Shown: in pieces, positions 13,831 through 24,799 of the stretch
How positions within the stretch are numbered: the stretch's first letter is position 1
Layout of the letters: every line of letters begins with the position of its first letter
Translations under genes and position numbers: made by a program
NCBI GenBank assembly: GCA_050613775.1
Contig: JBODTK010000107.1
Span: 248,001-312,000 of the forward strand
Length of the DNA: 64,000 nt
Source of the DNA: Neocallimastix sp. 'constans'
Taxonomy: Eukaryota
Direction of reading: 5' to 3'
The notes under the pieces: generated by a model
Database searches by the model: none
Told to the model about the DNA's origin: nothing
What the model saw: only the letters and a program-made list of their open reading frames with translations

Positions 13831-14441
13831 GCACTATTTAGAATGGATAAAAGAATGTCTTGAAGAATATGGTGAGGATGACATTTACATTGATGTAGAA
13901 AATGATCATTTAAGTAATATTTTATCAGATGGTATTATACTGGCTTATTTAGTTGAGGTAAATTACTATATATGTTCATAATATTTTTATTTATTTATCT
14001 ATTTATTATTACTATTATTAATTTGTTTTTATGTCAAAACAATAAATAATAATTAAATTGTTATCATTTTTCTTATTTCCTTTTGTTTATAATATATATA
14101 TATAATTATAAACATATATATAGTATTTATCAAATCGCAGTGTTGGTAATATCTATCTTCATCCAAAAATTAGACAAGACAAATATTATAATTTGAAAAA
14201 AGTATTTTATTTAATCAAAGACGAACTTTTTGTACCAGCAAAAGCTACTGAATATGGTAAAATAATAAAAATAATATTTAAGAAAATTAAAGAGATTATT
14301 AATAAAGTTTTAATAAATATATATATTTAATTTTTAACTTTTTAAAAAGATATTGAGTGTGGTGATTTATCTGCTATTTTCTCATTATTAGGACAACTAA
14401 AGGATCATTATCATCGCATGGATTTGAAAGAACCTGTTTAA
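9603..14441 (+). CDS. Large Asn/Lys/Ser/Pro-rich protein with a C-terminal calponin-homology (CH) domain
   Basis: Exons 9603-12760, 12949-13066, 13157-13210, 13335-13409, 13527-13568, 13832-13957, 14124-14256 and 14350-14441 splice in frame (GT-AG). The last exons give YLEWIKECL...LSNILSDGIILAYLVEYLS...NLKKVFYLI...DIECGDLSAIFSLLGQLKDHY, a CH-domain pattern. Confidence 0.8.
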
Positions 14442-14607
14442 TTAAAAGAAAAGAGTAAAAAATAAAAAAAATGAAACAGCAAATGAAGAAGGAAATGATA
14501 ATATAAAAATGACAAGAAAATATACATATATCTTTTTTATTTTTTCATAGTAGTATATAAATTTAATTAACGTAATTTAATACATTTATATTATTTTAAT
14601 ATATATA

Positions 14608-14664
<57 letters not shown>

Positions 14665-14802
14665 CACAATAATTTATATTTAATTCATTTTATTAAATAT
14701 ATATTCAATTCAAATATTTAAAATAGTACATTCAAAATTTTCCTATAAATTGACATCATCAAAAGCCAATATTAAGACTTTTTTAATAAAATAAAATAAA
14801 AA

Positions 14803-14851
<49 letters not shown>

Positions 14852-15350
14852 TAAAAATAAAAAAAATAAAAATAAAAATAAAAATAAAAACAATAAAAAC
14901 TAACATTAATTAAAATGAAATTAAAATTAAATATATAAAAAAAATTTTTTGTTTTTTTTTAATTTTAGTTTTTATTAGTTTTTTTCAATAGTTTAAATAA
15001 TATCATATAATATAGCCTATAATAATTAATAATTTATTTTTAATATAAAACAAAAATATATATGTAAATATATATATATTTGTTTTTAAGTGATTTTTTA
15101 AATTTTTTTTTTTTTAACTCCTTTTTATTTTTTATTTTTAATTTTTTTATTTAGTATTTTAATTATATATGTAATTGTATTTTGATTTAATTTTTCATTT
15201 TAAAATTTACATAAAATAAATAAATAAATATTAAATAAAAAAATAAAGATAAAAAATAAAAAATTATAATATACGTATAAAAATTAATATATCATTTATT
15301 CTGCATTTTTTTTTTATTTAATTCTATACTCTTCCTTTTAACATTATTAA

Positions 15351-16430
15351 GAAATAGTTGAAAAGAAAATTATTCAAGCTTAGCCTTGAGATTATGATAA
15401 TAGTATTTATTATTTTATATTGAGTGCTCTTCTTGGCGGGAGTTCAACATATGAAAAAATTAAATTTAATGATGGGAAACAAAGACAATTAGTTGACAAT
15501 ATTTTTAAAAAAAGTTCAACTTCGTTGACTGTTTTGTATTTGGTGGGAATTACGGAGTTTCTAACAAACGTAATACTGTTAATTTGTCGATCTTTTAGAT
15601 TGATGATGAAATGGTATTCCGTTGAATCTACAGTTGCTAAGAGTGTCGACGTCGATTTGATAAGGCATGGATTTTCACCTCCCGGTGAAAGATTTGATAC
15701 AGATTCCTTTGATAACACTAATACTAAAATTATTACTCGCAATAATGAACGTGGTGTTATCATCGATGAATGGGAAAAGTTAGAAACTATTGCTTCTAAC
15801 GCACTTTTAAAATTATATAATATATAATATTTTTATTTCATATATTTTATTCTATATTTAAATCATGTAATTTTATTATTTTTATAAATTAAATTAGGTT
15901 ATTCCCTTAGTCTTAAAAAAAAAAAAAAACTTAGCCTTGAATATCCCAATTTAATTTAGGTTTTAACTGGATTTTAAGATCAAGATCTGGTTTCAAAGAC
16001 TATCAGAAATGGTAGAATTTTTGACAATCGTCCGAAAGTCTACCCATGTTGTGGAGAAGGTGAACAATCGTTCATCCATTGGATATTCGAATGTTCTTCC
16101 TTTTCATTATATGGATGTGATTCTTTAGATTTCATCAATGATCTTTTTTATAATATTCAGTGATAAAATAACGACTCTTTTTTCCTTATTACCTTCCTAT
16201 TCTATTATATTAGAATATAGATATTTTATCAATAAATATATTTACATATTACACCTAGGTGGAATTTCAGCTTTAAATGACCTACAAGTCGATACTGGGG
16301 AATGGAGACATTTAAGTTAGGAATAATAGTATTAGTAACCCTATTATATATATTTCATAACACAAATACTGAACAGTTTAATTAGTTCCGTTTAAAAAAT
16401 CTATAGAGAGTAATTCTTTTAATAAGACCT
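15351..16430 (+). mobile_element. Degenerate LINE ORF2 C-terminal region, interrupted by a younger LINE insertion
   Basis: Removing 15390-15940 rejoins KLSLEYPNL...FNWILRSRSGFK. Downstream YPCCGEGEQSFIHWIFECSS (16041-16100) is a CCHC zinc-knuckle remnant, followed by LHLGGISALNDLQVDTG. Stops and frameshifts are present. Confidence 0.7.
15390..15929 (+). mobile_element. 5'-truncated LINE 3' end with poly(A) tail and 11-bp TSD, nested in an older LINE
   Basis: CTTAGCCTTGA occurs at 15379-15389 and 15930-15940, with an A run at 15915-15929. ORF 15420-15827 (LLGGSS...VGITEFLTNVI...KSVDVDLIRH) resembles the C-termini of the other LINE remnants in the window. Confidence 0.85.
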
Positions 16431-16799
16431 GTATTTTTTATATTATTTTATTTTCCTTTTTTTTATTTTTCATATATACATATTTTTTATATCTTTTTTT
16501 TTTTTTTTTTAATTTATTTCTATGTCTTTGTTTATTAATATAACCATCTTCTTTGCTATATTATTTATTTTAGCTATTTTAATTTCTTTTTTCTTTTTAG
16601 TTATGTCGGCATTACAATTTTTATTTTGTAAAATAAAAATAAAATAAATAAATACAAATATATGTATATACATATATATTATAACTATTTCTAATTGATT
16701 CATTCACTATTTCATTCAGATATTTTGTTCATATAACTTGTTCTAAAAAAATTTTTTTATTATCTTTTAACTACTGCTTACAATCAAGAATAAAAACAC

Positions 16800-18006
16800 A
16801 AGTCAGACGATTTTATTATATTGTCACAACAAACTTGTTATTAACTTATTATCAATTACATTCAGTGATTTTAAATACTTTATTAATCAATTATCAAAAA
16901 TTGCAACAGATACTATTGGTCATAGTTTAATTAGTAATTATTGGGCTATGAGTTTTAGACATAATAATAGATTTTTTCAGTCATGGAATATATCCTATAT
17001 ACCATTTCTGAAATTAAAATACTATTCTATTGATAAAAAAGAATAATAAAACTCCAAGTCTTGATGATATTCTTATTTGAATTTACAAAGCAATGTTTTA
17101 CAGTATAGAATTAGATGAAAAGTATCCCAATGCTGTAAAATATCTTGAAATTTTATTCAATAAAATTTGGGATGTTTCCTTTCTTTAAAAATGAAATACT
17201 GATTCCATTTTTTCTATTCCAAAAAAAAAAAAAGGTTGACCTTTCTAATTGTAATAATTATGGTGGAATTTCATTAATTAATGTAGGTTTTTAAAAAAAA
17301 AATTAATTCAAAGGTAATTGAAGATTAAATCTTAAAATATGCATTTAAAAATGAATTTATCAGACCTGAACAATTTGGTTTTAGTAATCATAAAGAATGT
17401 ATTAGTCTTTATATTTCTATCAGAAAAATCTGTTTAAGCGCTTTCAGACGAATTTGACATTCATCGTGGAGTGCGCCAAGGGTACCCCCTTTCTCTTATT
17501 TTACTTAATTTATTTATTGATAACTTTTTTTTGGTAAATGTAATGAATTTGGTATCAGTATTTGAAATAAAAAAAAAGGAAAAAGGAAAAAAAAAGTTAT
17601 GGAGGTTTATCTGCAGATGATATTGTTTTAATTGCTCCCAGTAAGGAGAATATGACTTCACTTCTTTATCATATCTTTAAATAGGCTGACAAGAACGAAA
17701 TGACATTTGGAATAAATATATGTGTAACTATGGTAATAAAATCTCATAACTTTGTTCAAACTTATTCTTTTGAAGATCCTACTTTTCTTCCTTAGTATAT
17801 GTACTCTCTTCCTTAATGTTTCATGTTTTCCATTCATCGATGATTTATTACTTCAACCTGTTAATATACAATCTAAAATCAGGAAGTCTTTATTTCCATT
17901 TTCTAATTTTCTAATAAACAATAAATGTACCTTTAACTTTTTAAAATACATGTTTTACAATCTATTATTATTATCAGTAAAAGACTTTTATTATGCTTCT
18001 TTACTT
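16800..18006 (+). pseudogene. Decayed non-LTR retrotransposon reverse transcriptase (left part)
   Basis: Motifs in the expected order, across frameshifts: NKTPSLDDI (K-PG-DG), LEILFNKIWD, PKK.DLSNCNNYGGISLINVG, IRPEQFGF, HRGVRQGYPLSLILLNLFI, GGLSADDIVL (Y/FADD), NEMTFGIN, ending YYASLL at 18006. Confidence 0.9.
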
Positions 18007-18855
18007 TTTAATTCTGTCACTGATATCAACATACCGCTTAGACATAAATACCGACTGATAATGATGATATAACTTGATCATGAATGGCTTATCAACACTT
18101 TTGTTATTTTCAAGCATCATCGCTATATCAAGATTGATCAAGATTTCGAAAATAATCCCATTGATGTAATCACTAACCAAATTCTTACAATCACAGTTAA
18201 TCAACAAATTCTTCTTCAAATCCTTTTTCTTCTTTTGATCTTCTTTATCATCATCATCATCATCATTTCTCTTTTGATCATCATCATCGTTATCATTATT
18301 ATCATTACTTTTTTGATCATCTTTATCATTACTTTTTTAATCATCATCATCGTTGTTATCATTATCATTACTTTTTTGATCATCGTTGTTATCATCATCA
18401 TTTCCTTTTTGATCATTATCATCATCATTTCTTTGTTCAAAGTCATCATTATCATCAACATTATTATCAAAATCATTACCAACAACATTTCTTTGATCAA
18501 AAACATTATCAACATTTGGAGATTTTTGTTCAACAATTTTGTGAGATTTTTGTTCAACAATTTTTTGAGACTTTTGTTCAACATTATCACTACCATTATC
18601 AACATTGTTATCATCATCAAAATGATGTTTGTGATGATTGTTATCATTATCAACTTTGTTATCATTGTTATCATCATTGTTCTTGTCAAAAAAATAACGT
18701 TTGTGATTTTTGTACGATGTGATACGATTCTTGCAGCGATAATACCTTAATCCGATGTCTTTGTAGAATCGGTTTGAGTCACATACCATCGATTGATCAC
18801 ATTTACCACAAACTAATACTGACGACAAATAATTCTCGGTTCTAGTTTGATGATG

Positions 18856-18891
<36 letters not shown>

Positions 18892-19320
18892 GCTACTGAT
18901 TGTTGTGTACAATAGCTTTTTATTATACCCGTTTGAGATCAGTCTTTGAACAATCAACCATTTGTTAGAACTGAGTTTGTTCCGATCGTTGATAATCAAA
19001 TCTTGATCCATCGTTAAGATCTTCTGGATAATGTTGGTGGTGATAATTCCATTGGATTGATCAAGATGATCATTATCATCATCAATCAGTTGTTCAATCA
19101 GATTATTATCATCATTGTTGTTTGAAGATTTCTTCTTCCAAATATCTCTTCTCACAATCGAAGTACAACGTTCATCACTTTGAAGATACTCGCATACTGT
19201 TTTGTACGATCCTTTTGCAATGTACTGATCGTAGATCAGATTGACTACGTAACGATTGTTAATCAGAATATCAACAATCTTACTCGGTTTAGGTTTGTTC
19301 TGACAACAATTCTTGTTCAT
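18001..19320 (-). pseudogene. Large serine recombinase-like C-terminal module (recombinase domain plus zinc ribbon), with one internal nonsense codon and no catalytic domain visible
   Basis: ORFs 18337-19320 and 18001-18219 are in the same frame, separated by a single TAA (18337-18339) in a DQKSND repeat. Recombinase-domain pattern: VVNLIYDQY...SYKTVCEYL, TNIIQKILT, LSSNKWLIVQRLI. Zinc-ribbon pattern: YLSSVLVCGKCDQSM...RYYRC...CDCKNLVSDYINGIIFEIL. Confidence 0.75.
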
Positions 19321-19438
19321 TGTTCAAGAAAAGTAATTGTTCAAGAAAAGTAATTGTTCAAAAAAATCACAAATCCAATCCAAAGTATTGTTCAAAAAAA
19401 ACTCAAAATCCAATCCCAAAAAAAGTAATTAAAGCAAT
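18007..19438 (-). mobile_element. ~1.43-kb foreign insert inside the LINE RT pseudogene
   Basis: The LINE frame breaks after TAT GCT TCT TTA CTT (18006) and resumes at GT TCC AAT AAA (19439). The insert has different codon and oligonucleotide usage (many GATC, AAC, ATC, TTG). Confidence 0.7.
19313..19416. repeat. Array of TTGTTCA heptamers and duplicated AAATCCAATCC upstream of the recombinase-like ORF
   Basis: TTGTTCA at 19313, 19320, 19337, 19354 and 19388. The 17-bp unit TTGTTCAAGAAAAGTAA is tandemly repeated. AAATCCAATCC at 19371 and 19406. Confidence 0.8.
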
Positions 19439-19560
19439 GTTCCAATAAAGTAAGTACAAGAAGTATTCAATCTTTAATTAATATTGGTATGTTATGGTGC
19501 CTTGGCTCATCTCATACTAATCAATAATTAAATTAATAAAGTAAAGAATGGTTTATCTTG
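19439..19560 (+). pseudogene. Continuation of the LINE ORF2 pseudogene (right part)
   Basis: Reads SNKVSTRSIQSLINIGMLWCLGSS, the natural continuation of ...YYASLL(G) that ends at 18006. Confidence 0.65.
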
Positions 19561-20164
19561 TAAAGTTTACATTAAAAGAAATTTTTTTTTTAAAAAAAAA
19601 AAAAAAGAAAAAAAAAATGTTTTGGAATAGATATAGAACTTATTTAAATACGTTATTAATAATTTAAATTTTTATATTTTTATTACATAATATTACATAA
19701 ATTGTACAGAAGACAAATAATAAAACAATAATCAATAATTTTCTTTTCATTATTTATCACTTAATATTTTATCTTTATTATTTATATAAATAAATATTTA
19801 TATCACATTAATTCTATTTTATAAAAAATATATATATCAATAAAGAAATATGAATGATAAATAATAAATTATGAATGGACGATATAACTTATTGCAAAAA
19901 AAAAAAAAAGGTTTTAGTTTAATAATAATAAAAATGGGTATAAGCCTAAAACAAGGATTAAGCAATTAAATATAAATATTAATGCCCAATTTAAAGTATT
20001 TTGTAGAGATAAAGGATAAAAATATTTATTTAATATTTATTCATAAAAATAATAATAATAATAATAAAAAAAGATAAAAAAAAAAAAAAAAAGTCTGCAA
20101 TTACCAATTTAATATATTTATTTATTATTAATAATAATTAAGAATTGTCGATTTTACATTAAAG

Positions 20165-20209
<45 letters not shown>

Positions 20210-20485
20210 AAAATAAAATAAAATAAAATAAATAATAAACCATTTCATTTTTATAATAATAAATTTTTAAAATACATTTAATTATAAATGAATTGTATAA
20301 TATTTAAAATGTGATTGGTTTATTTAGATATTTATCATCATTTTTAATTATTTTTTTTAATAAATTTTTATATGAATTTTTAATCAAAAAAAAAATAATA
20401 TAATATTTTTTTAAAATTATTAGTATATTGAATATTAATTGTTACTTTTCAAAAAGGTTTACTATAATATATATATAATATAAAT

Positions 20486-21254
20486 ATGGCATCAATTCCA
20501 CCAAATAAAACATTATATGTTAACCATTTGAATGAAAAAATACAGAAAGAAGGTTATTAAAATTTCCATCATATATTAAATTTTTAAATGTTTTAAATTT
20601 AATAATAATCGAATATGAATTGTTTAATAATAAATGAATACATATACATAAAACTTTATTTTCAAAGACAAAAAAAAAGTTATGATAATCTAAAAAATCA
20701 AATTCTATAAATTATAAAATACAAAATGTCTAGTAATACATTATTTATTTACTAATGTTGTACACATATCAAAAGTTATTTGAAATACTTGTTTTTTTTT
20801 TTTTTTTTTTTATTAAATATATATATATATATACACATTCTAATTTTTTTTTTTTTTTTTTTAAAAAAAAATTAAATTTAATATATATATATTTTCTTTA
20901 ATTTTTATTATCATTATTATAATATTTATAATATATGATATTATAAATAGAACTACGGAAAGCATTATATTATTTATTTTCACAATATGGAAGAGTAGTT
21001 GATGTTGTAGCCCTAAAGACAATGAAAATGCGTGGACAAGCATTTATTGTATATAGAGAAATCACAGAAGCAACAAAAGCAATGAGATCATTACAAGGAT
21101 TTCCATTATTTGATAAGCCCATAGTATATGTTATATCTTTTTTACTTATTTATTATATTATTTAATAATGAAGAAATTTCAGAAATAAAATGAAATTAAA
21201 ATTAAAAATAAAATCCAAAAGAAAAAAATTCAGATAGATATTTTATATATAATC

Positions 21255-21306
<52 letters not shown>

Positions 21307-21925
21307 TAGAAATTATTATATATATATAAATTTTTTGATAGATGAAATAATTTAAAAATTAATATAATAATAATTTTAAAAATATAAAAAAAAAAAAATC
21401 TTTTTACTTATTATTAAAAAGAAGATAATATTAACATAAATATAATTTTTGATTTTATATTTTTTTTAATAAAATATTATATATTAATAAAAGAAAATAA
21501 ATTATGCTAAAACAAGATCAAATAAATTAAATGTATTAGATGGAGAATACAAATTGGATGAATCTAACACTAAATCAATATATTCACAAATGTTTTCCGA
21601 ATCTGCATTCTCAACAGGAGTTACAACTGTATCTAGAAAAAGAGAACATGAAGATGATGATCAAGATAATAAAAAGATAGCTCTTGAGAAATCTAAAGGT
21701 AAAGACTTATTAATTATAGTTACATATTGAATTAATAAATAATAATGATAATAATAATAAATGAAAAACGAAAAATAAAGAAAAATAAAAGAAAATAAAT
21801 GTATATCAATATATATTAATTTCATTTTAATTCTTTTATTTTTTATTTTAAATATAAATTTATAAATCATTTATTTAAAATATATATACATATAAAATTA
21901 TATATATTTTTATTATAAATTAAAA

Positions 21926-21976
<51 letters not shown>

Positions 21977-22273
21977 TAATAAAAATTATCAAAAGATACT
22001 AATGAAGATAAAGGAGAAGAAGAAGAAGAAAATGTTATTCCAAATCGTATTCTCTTTTTACAAAATTTACCGATGGATATTACCGACAAAATGTTATCAT
22101 ATCTTTTTGTTCAATATCCAGGTTTTAAGGAAATTAGACTTGTACCTGGTAAACCAGATATTGCCTTTGCTGAATATGAAAATGAATTACAAGCCCAAAC
22201 TGCATTAAAAGTTTTAGATGGTTTTAACATCACTCCAACTAATGCCATGAAAGTTGAATTTGCTAAGATTTAA
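20486..22273 (+). CDS. SNRPB2: U2 snRNP B''/U1A-family two-RRM spliceosomal protein
   Basis: Exons 20486-20552, 20951-21123, 21494-21698 and 21996-22273. [39 protein letters not shown] (U2B''-type loop), [11 protein letters not shown]...[18 protein letters not shown]...MKVEFAK. Confidence 0.92.
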
Positions 22274-22559
22274 AAAAAAAAAAAACAAGAAAAAAAAAAT
22301 CAATAAGGATAATAATAGCATAAAACTAGTAATATATATAATTCAAAAATTCAAATACTAATTATGTTTGAAAAAACGAAAACTAATAATATTAATATTA
22401 TTATGTTTTTTATATATATATATATATTTTTTCTATATACATATATTAATAATAGTTTATCATAATTTCATTATTAATATGTTATTGTTATTATTACTAT
22501 ATATATACATATTATATTTAAGCAAATAAATTATTAAAATTAATAAAATTATTAATAAA

Positions 22560-22591
<32 letters not shown>

Positions 22592-22951
22592 GTATATATA
22601 TATATATATATTTTCAATCGTTATATAAATATCAAATTTTAAGTATTATAAATAATGATAATAAGAAATAAAAAAAAAATTAAAAAAATTTAAAGATAAA
22701 ATATATTTTAGTTGTACAAATTTATAATTTTAATTTCAAGATAGTAAATATTTAAATATTAATTATTAATAATGATTACTAATTATATATTATAAATTAA
22801 AAAATAACAAATTATAATTTTTTTTTTTTTTTTTAAAATTATTTAAAATATTATATTTTATTTTATTCAAACGTTAGCAAAATGATATAAGGTGGACGAT
22901 AGGTCCATATTCATTATAATTTTGAAATAATCAGAATTAAAGTAGTGGGAT

Positions 22952-22982
<31 letters not shown>

Positions 22983-23093
22983 CAATCTCTTTAATTTATA
23001 ATGTATTTATAATGTATAGTAACATAATAATAATTGAATAAATTAAAGTTGAATTAATTCAATAATTATTATTTCTTTTTTTTTTTTTTTTTT

Positions 23094-23148
<55 letters not shown>

Positions 23149-23439
23149 TTTGTACATATATTATATATATATTTTTTTTTTCATTTTTTTTTTTTTTTTT
23201 TAGACAAAGAACGCTTTTTTTGTTAATTCTTTAAATATTAATATATTGTATAAATTGTATGTGAAAAATACATCATAAATGTATTAAAGTAAAATATATA
23301 TATATATATATATAATGTATCAAATAAAAAATAAAATATAATAAAAAATAAAGTTAATGTAATATATTGAAAATAATAATTTCAAGTAAAAATATTTAAT
23401 AAAGTAAAACAAAACAAAACAAAAAACAAAAAACAGAAA

Positions 23440-23469
<30 letters not shown>

Positions 23470-23471
<2 letters not shown>

Positions 23472-23883
23472 ACATCTGTACAGTAGATAATGTTGTTTTC
23501 ACTAAACTCTCCCTCGAACCAAAAGAAATATAATCGGATGTTTCATTTTCCAAAGATTCATTGTGGGAAAAATCATTACTACTATTTGGGAAAGATATAC
23601 TCTAAGAACTAGTAATTGAGTTTCTCTTATGTCATATCAGTTTGTCGTTGACTCTCTCTTGGTTGTGAAGGATTTTAATCAAAAAGTAAATCAAGAGAGC
23701 TACTAATAATTGGTATAGTGTCGGTAAGGAAATCCCAGAAGGCTAATTATATACGGAAAATTAGATTTCTTTAGTAGAAATTCTTTCAAATGTATTGAAC
23801 TGTAGATCATCTAAGAGCTGAAATTCCACTAAGAAAGAACATAAAAAATATATTCATTAATTTGCTTTTAACAATCTAACAAA

Positions 23884-23927
<44 letters not shown>

Positions 23928-24285
23928 GAGAAGAAGAAAATAAAAGCAATTTCCTTATTTTACTTCCAAATAAAATAAAAAAGGTCATTGATGAAATCTA
24001 ATTACTTCGATTTAACCATTAAAAAAAGTGGAACATTTATATATCTAGTGAATAAATGACTATTTTTACCACAGCATGAACGCATGGATAGCATTGGGAC
24101 ATTTTTCTGTAGTTCTTATTTTGTTTCAATACCAGACCAATATACTTCAATAACATCACTAAAATTTTTAATATTTCTTTTCTTGATTTTATATAAAGAG
24201 CACGAGATTATTCTTTAGCCCAAGAATATATTTATACATAGTAGGAATATCTTTATTAAGATCTTCAGTAATGCAATTGGGAAAA
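23470..24285 (-). mobile_element. Degenerate LINE ORF2 3' region
   Basis: The minus strand gives NCITEDLNKDIPTM..YSWAKE, CSCCGK, FLSGISAL.DDLQFNT and FLTDTIPIISSSLDLLFD, plus the shared 30-nt 3' motif at 23629-23658. This is collinear with the remnants at 15.4-16.3 kb. Confidence 0.7.
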
Positions 24286-24764
24286 TAATAATTATAAAAG
24301 AGAAGAATTTTCTTTTTCTTTTTAATATTCGTAAAAAAATATAAATAAATCATTTGAATATTATTATAATAGTATTTACTTAATCAGAAGTCTTTCATTT
24401 TATTTGATAATTATATTAAATTTTAATTTAAAATACCAAAAAAAAAAAAATAAAAAATAAAAATAAAATAAAAATAAAAACAAGAAGAAAATACCAAAAT
24501 TTAAAAGAAATAATAGAAGTTATATTTGTATATATTATTTATATTAATATCTAATATTTATATCTAATATTTGTATCTAATATTTATAATTAATATTTAT
24601 ATTTATATTTATATTTATATTTAAATAAATTTTCTTTTTTGAATTTCTTCAAAATAATATTTTTAATTATTTAAAATAAAAATATATAAATTAAAATTTA
24701 GAATCATAGGATTTATATAATTTATATTTAATTTAAAATTAAAATGAAATAGAAGAAAAAGAGT

Positions 24765-24799
<35 letters not shown>

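Noticed and set aside
18216..18750. Overlapping ORFs 18216-18689 (-), 18235-18750 (+) and 18516-18722 (+)
   Set aside because: Shadow frames of the D/N repeat region in the recombinase-like gene.
18001..19437. Possible terminal inverted repeat TTACTTTTTAATT / AATTAAAGCAA at the insert ends
   Set aside because: Short, imperfect, AT-only and partly overlapping LINE sequence; expected by chance.
22870..22955. Small hairpin TGGAC-gatag-GTCCA as a possible snoRNA
   Set aside because: No proper C/D or H/ACA boxes found.
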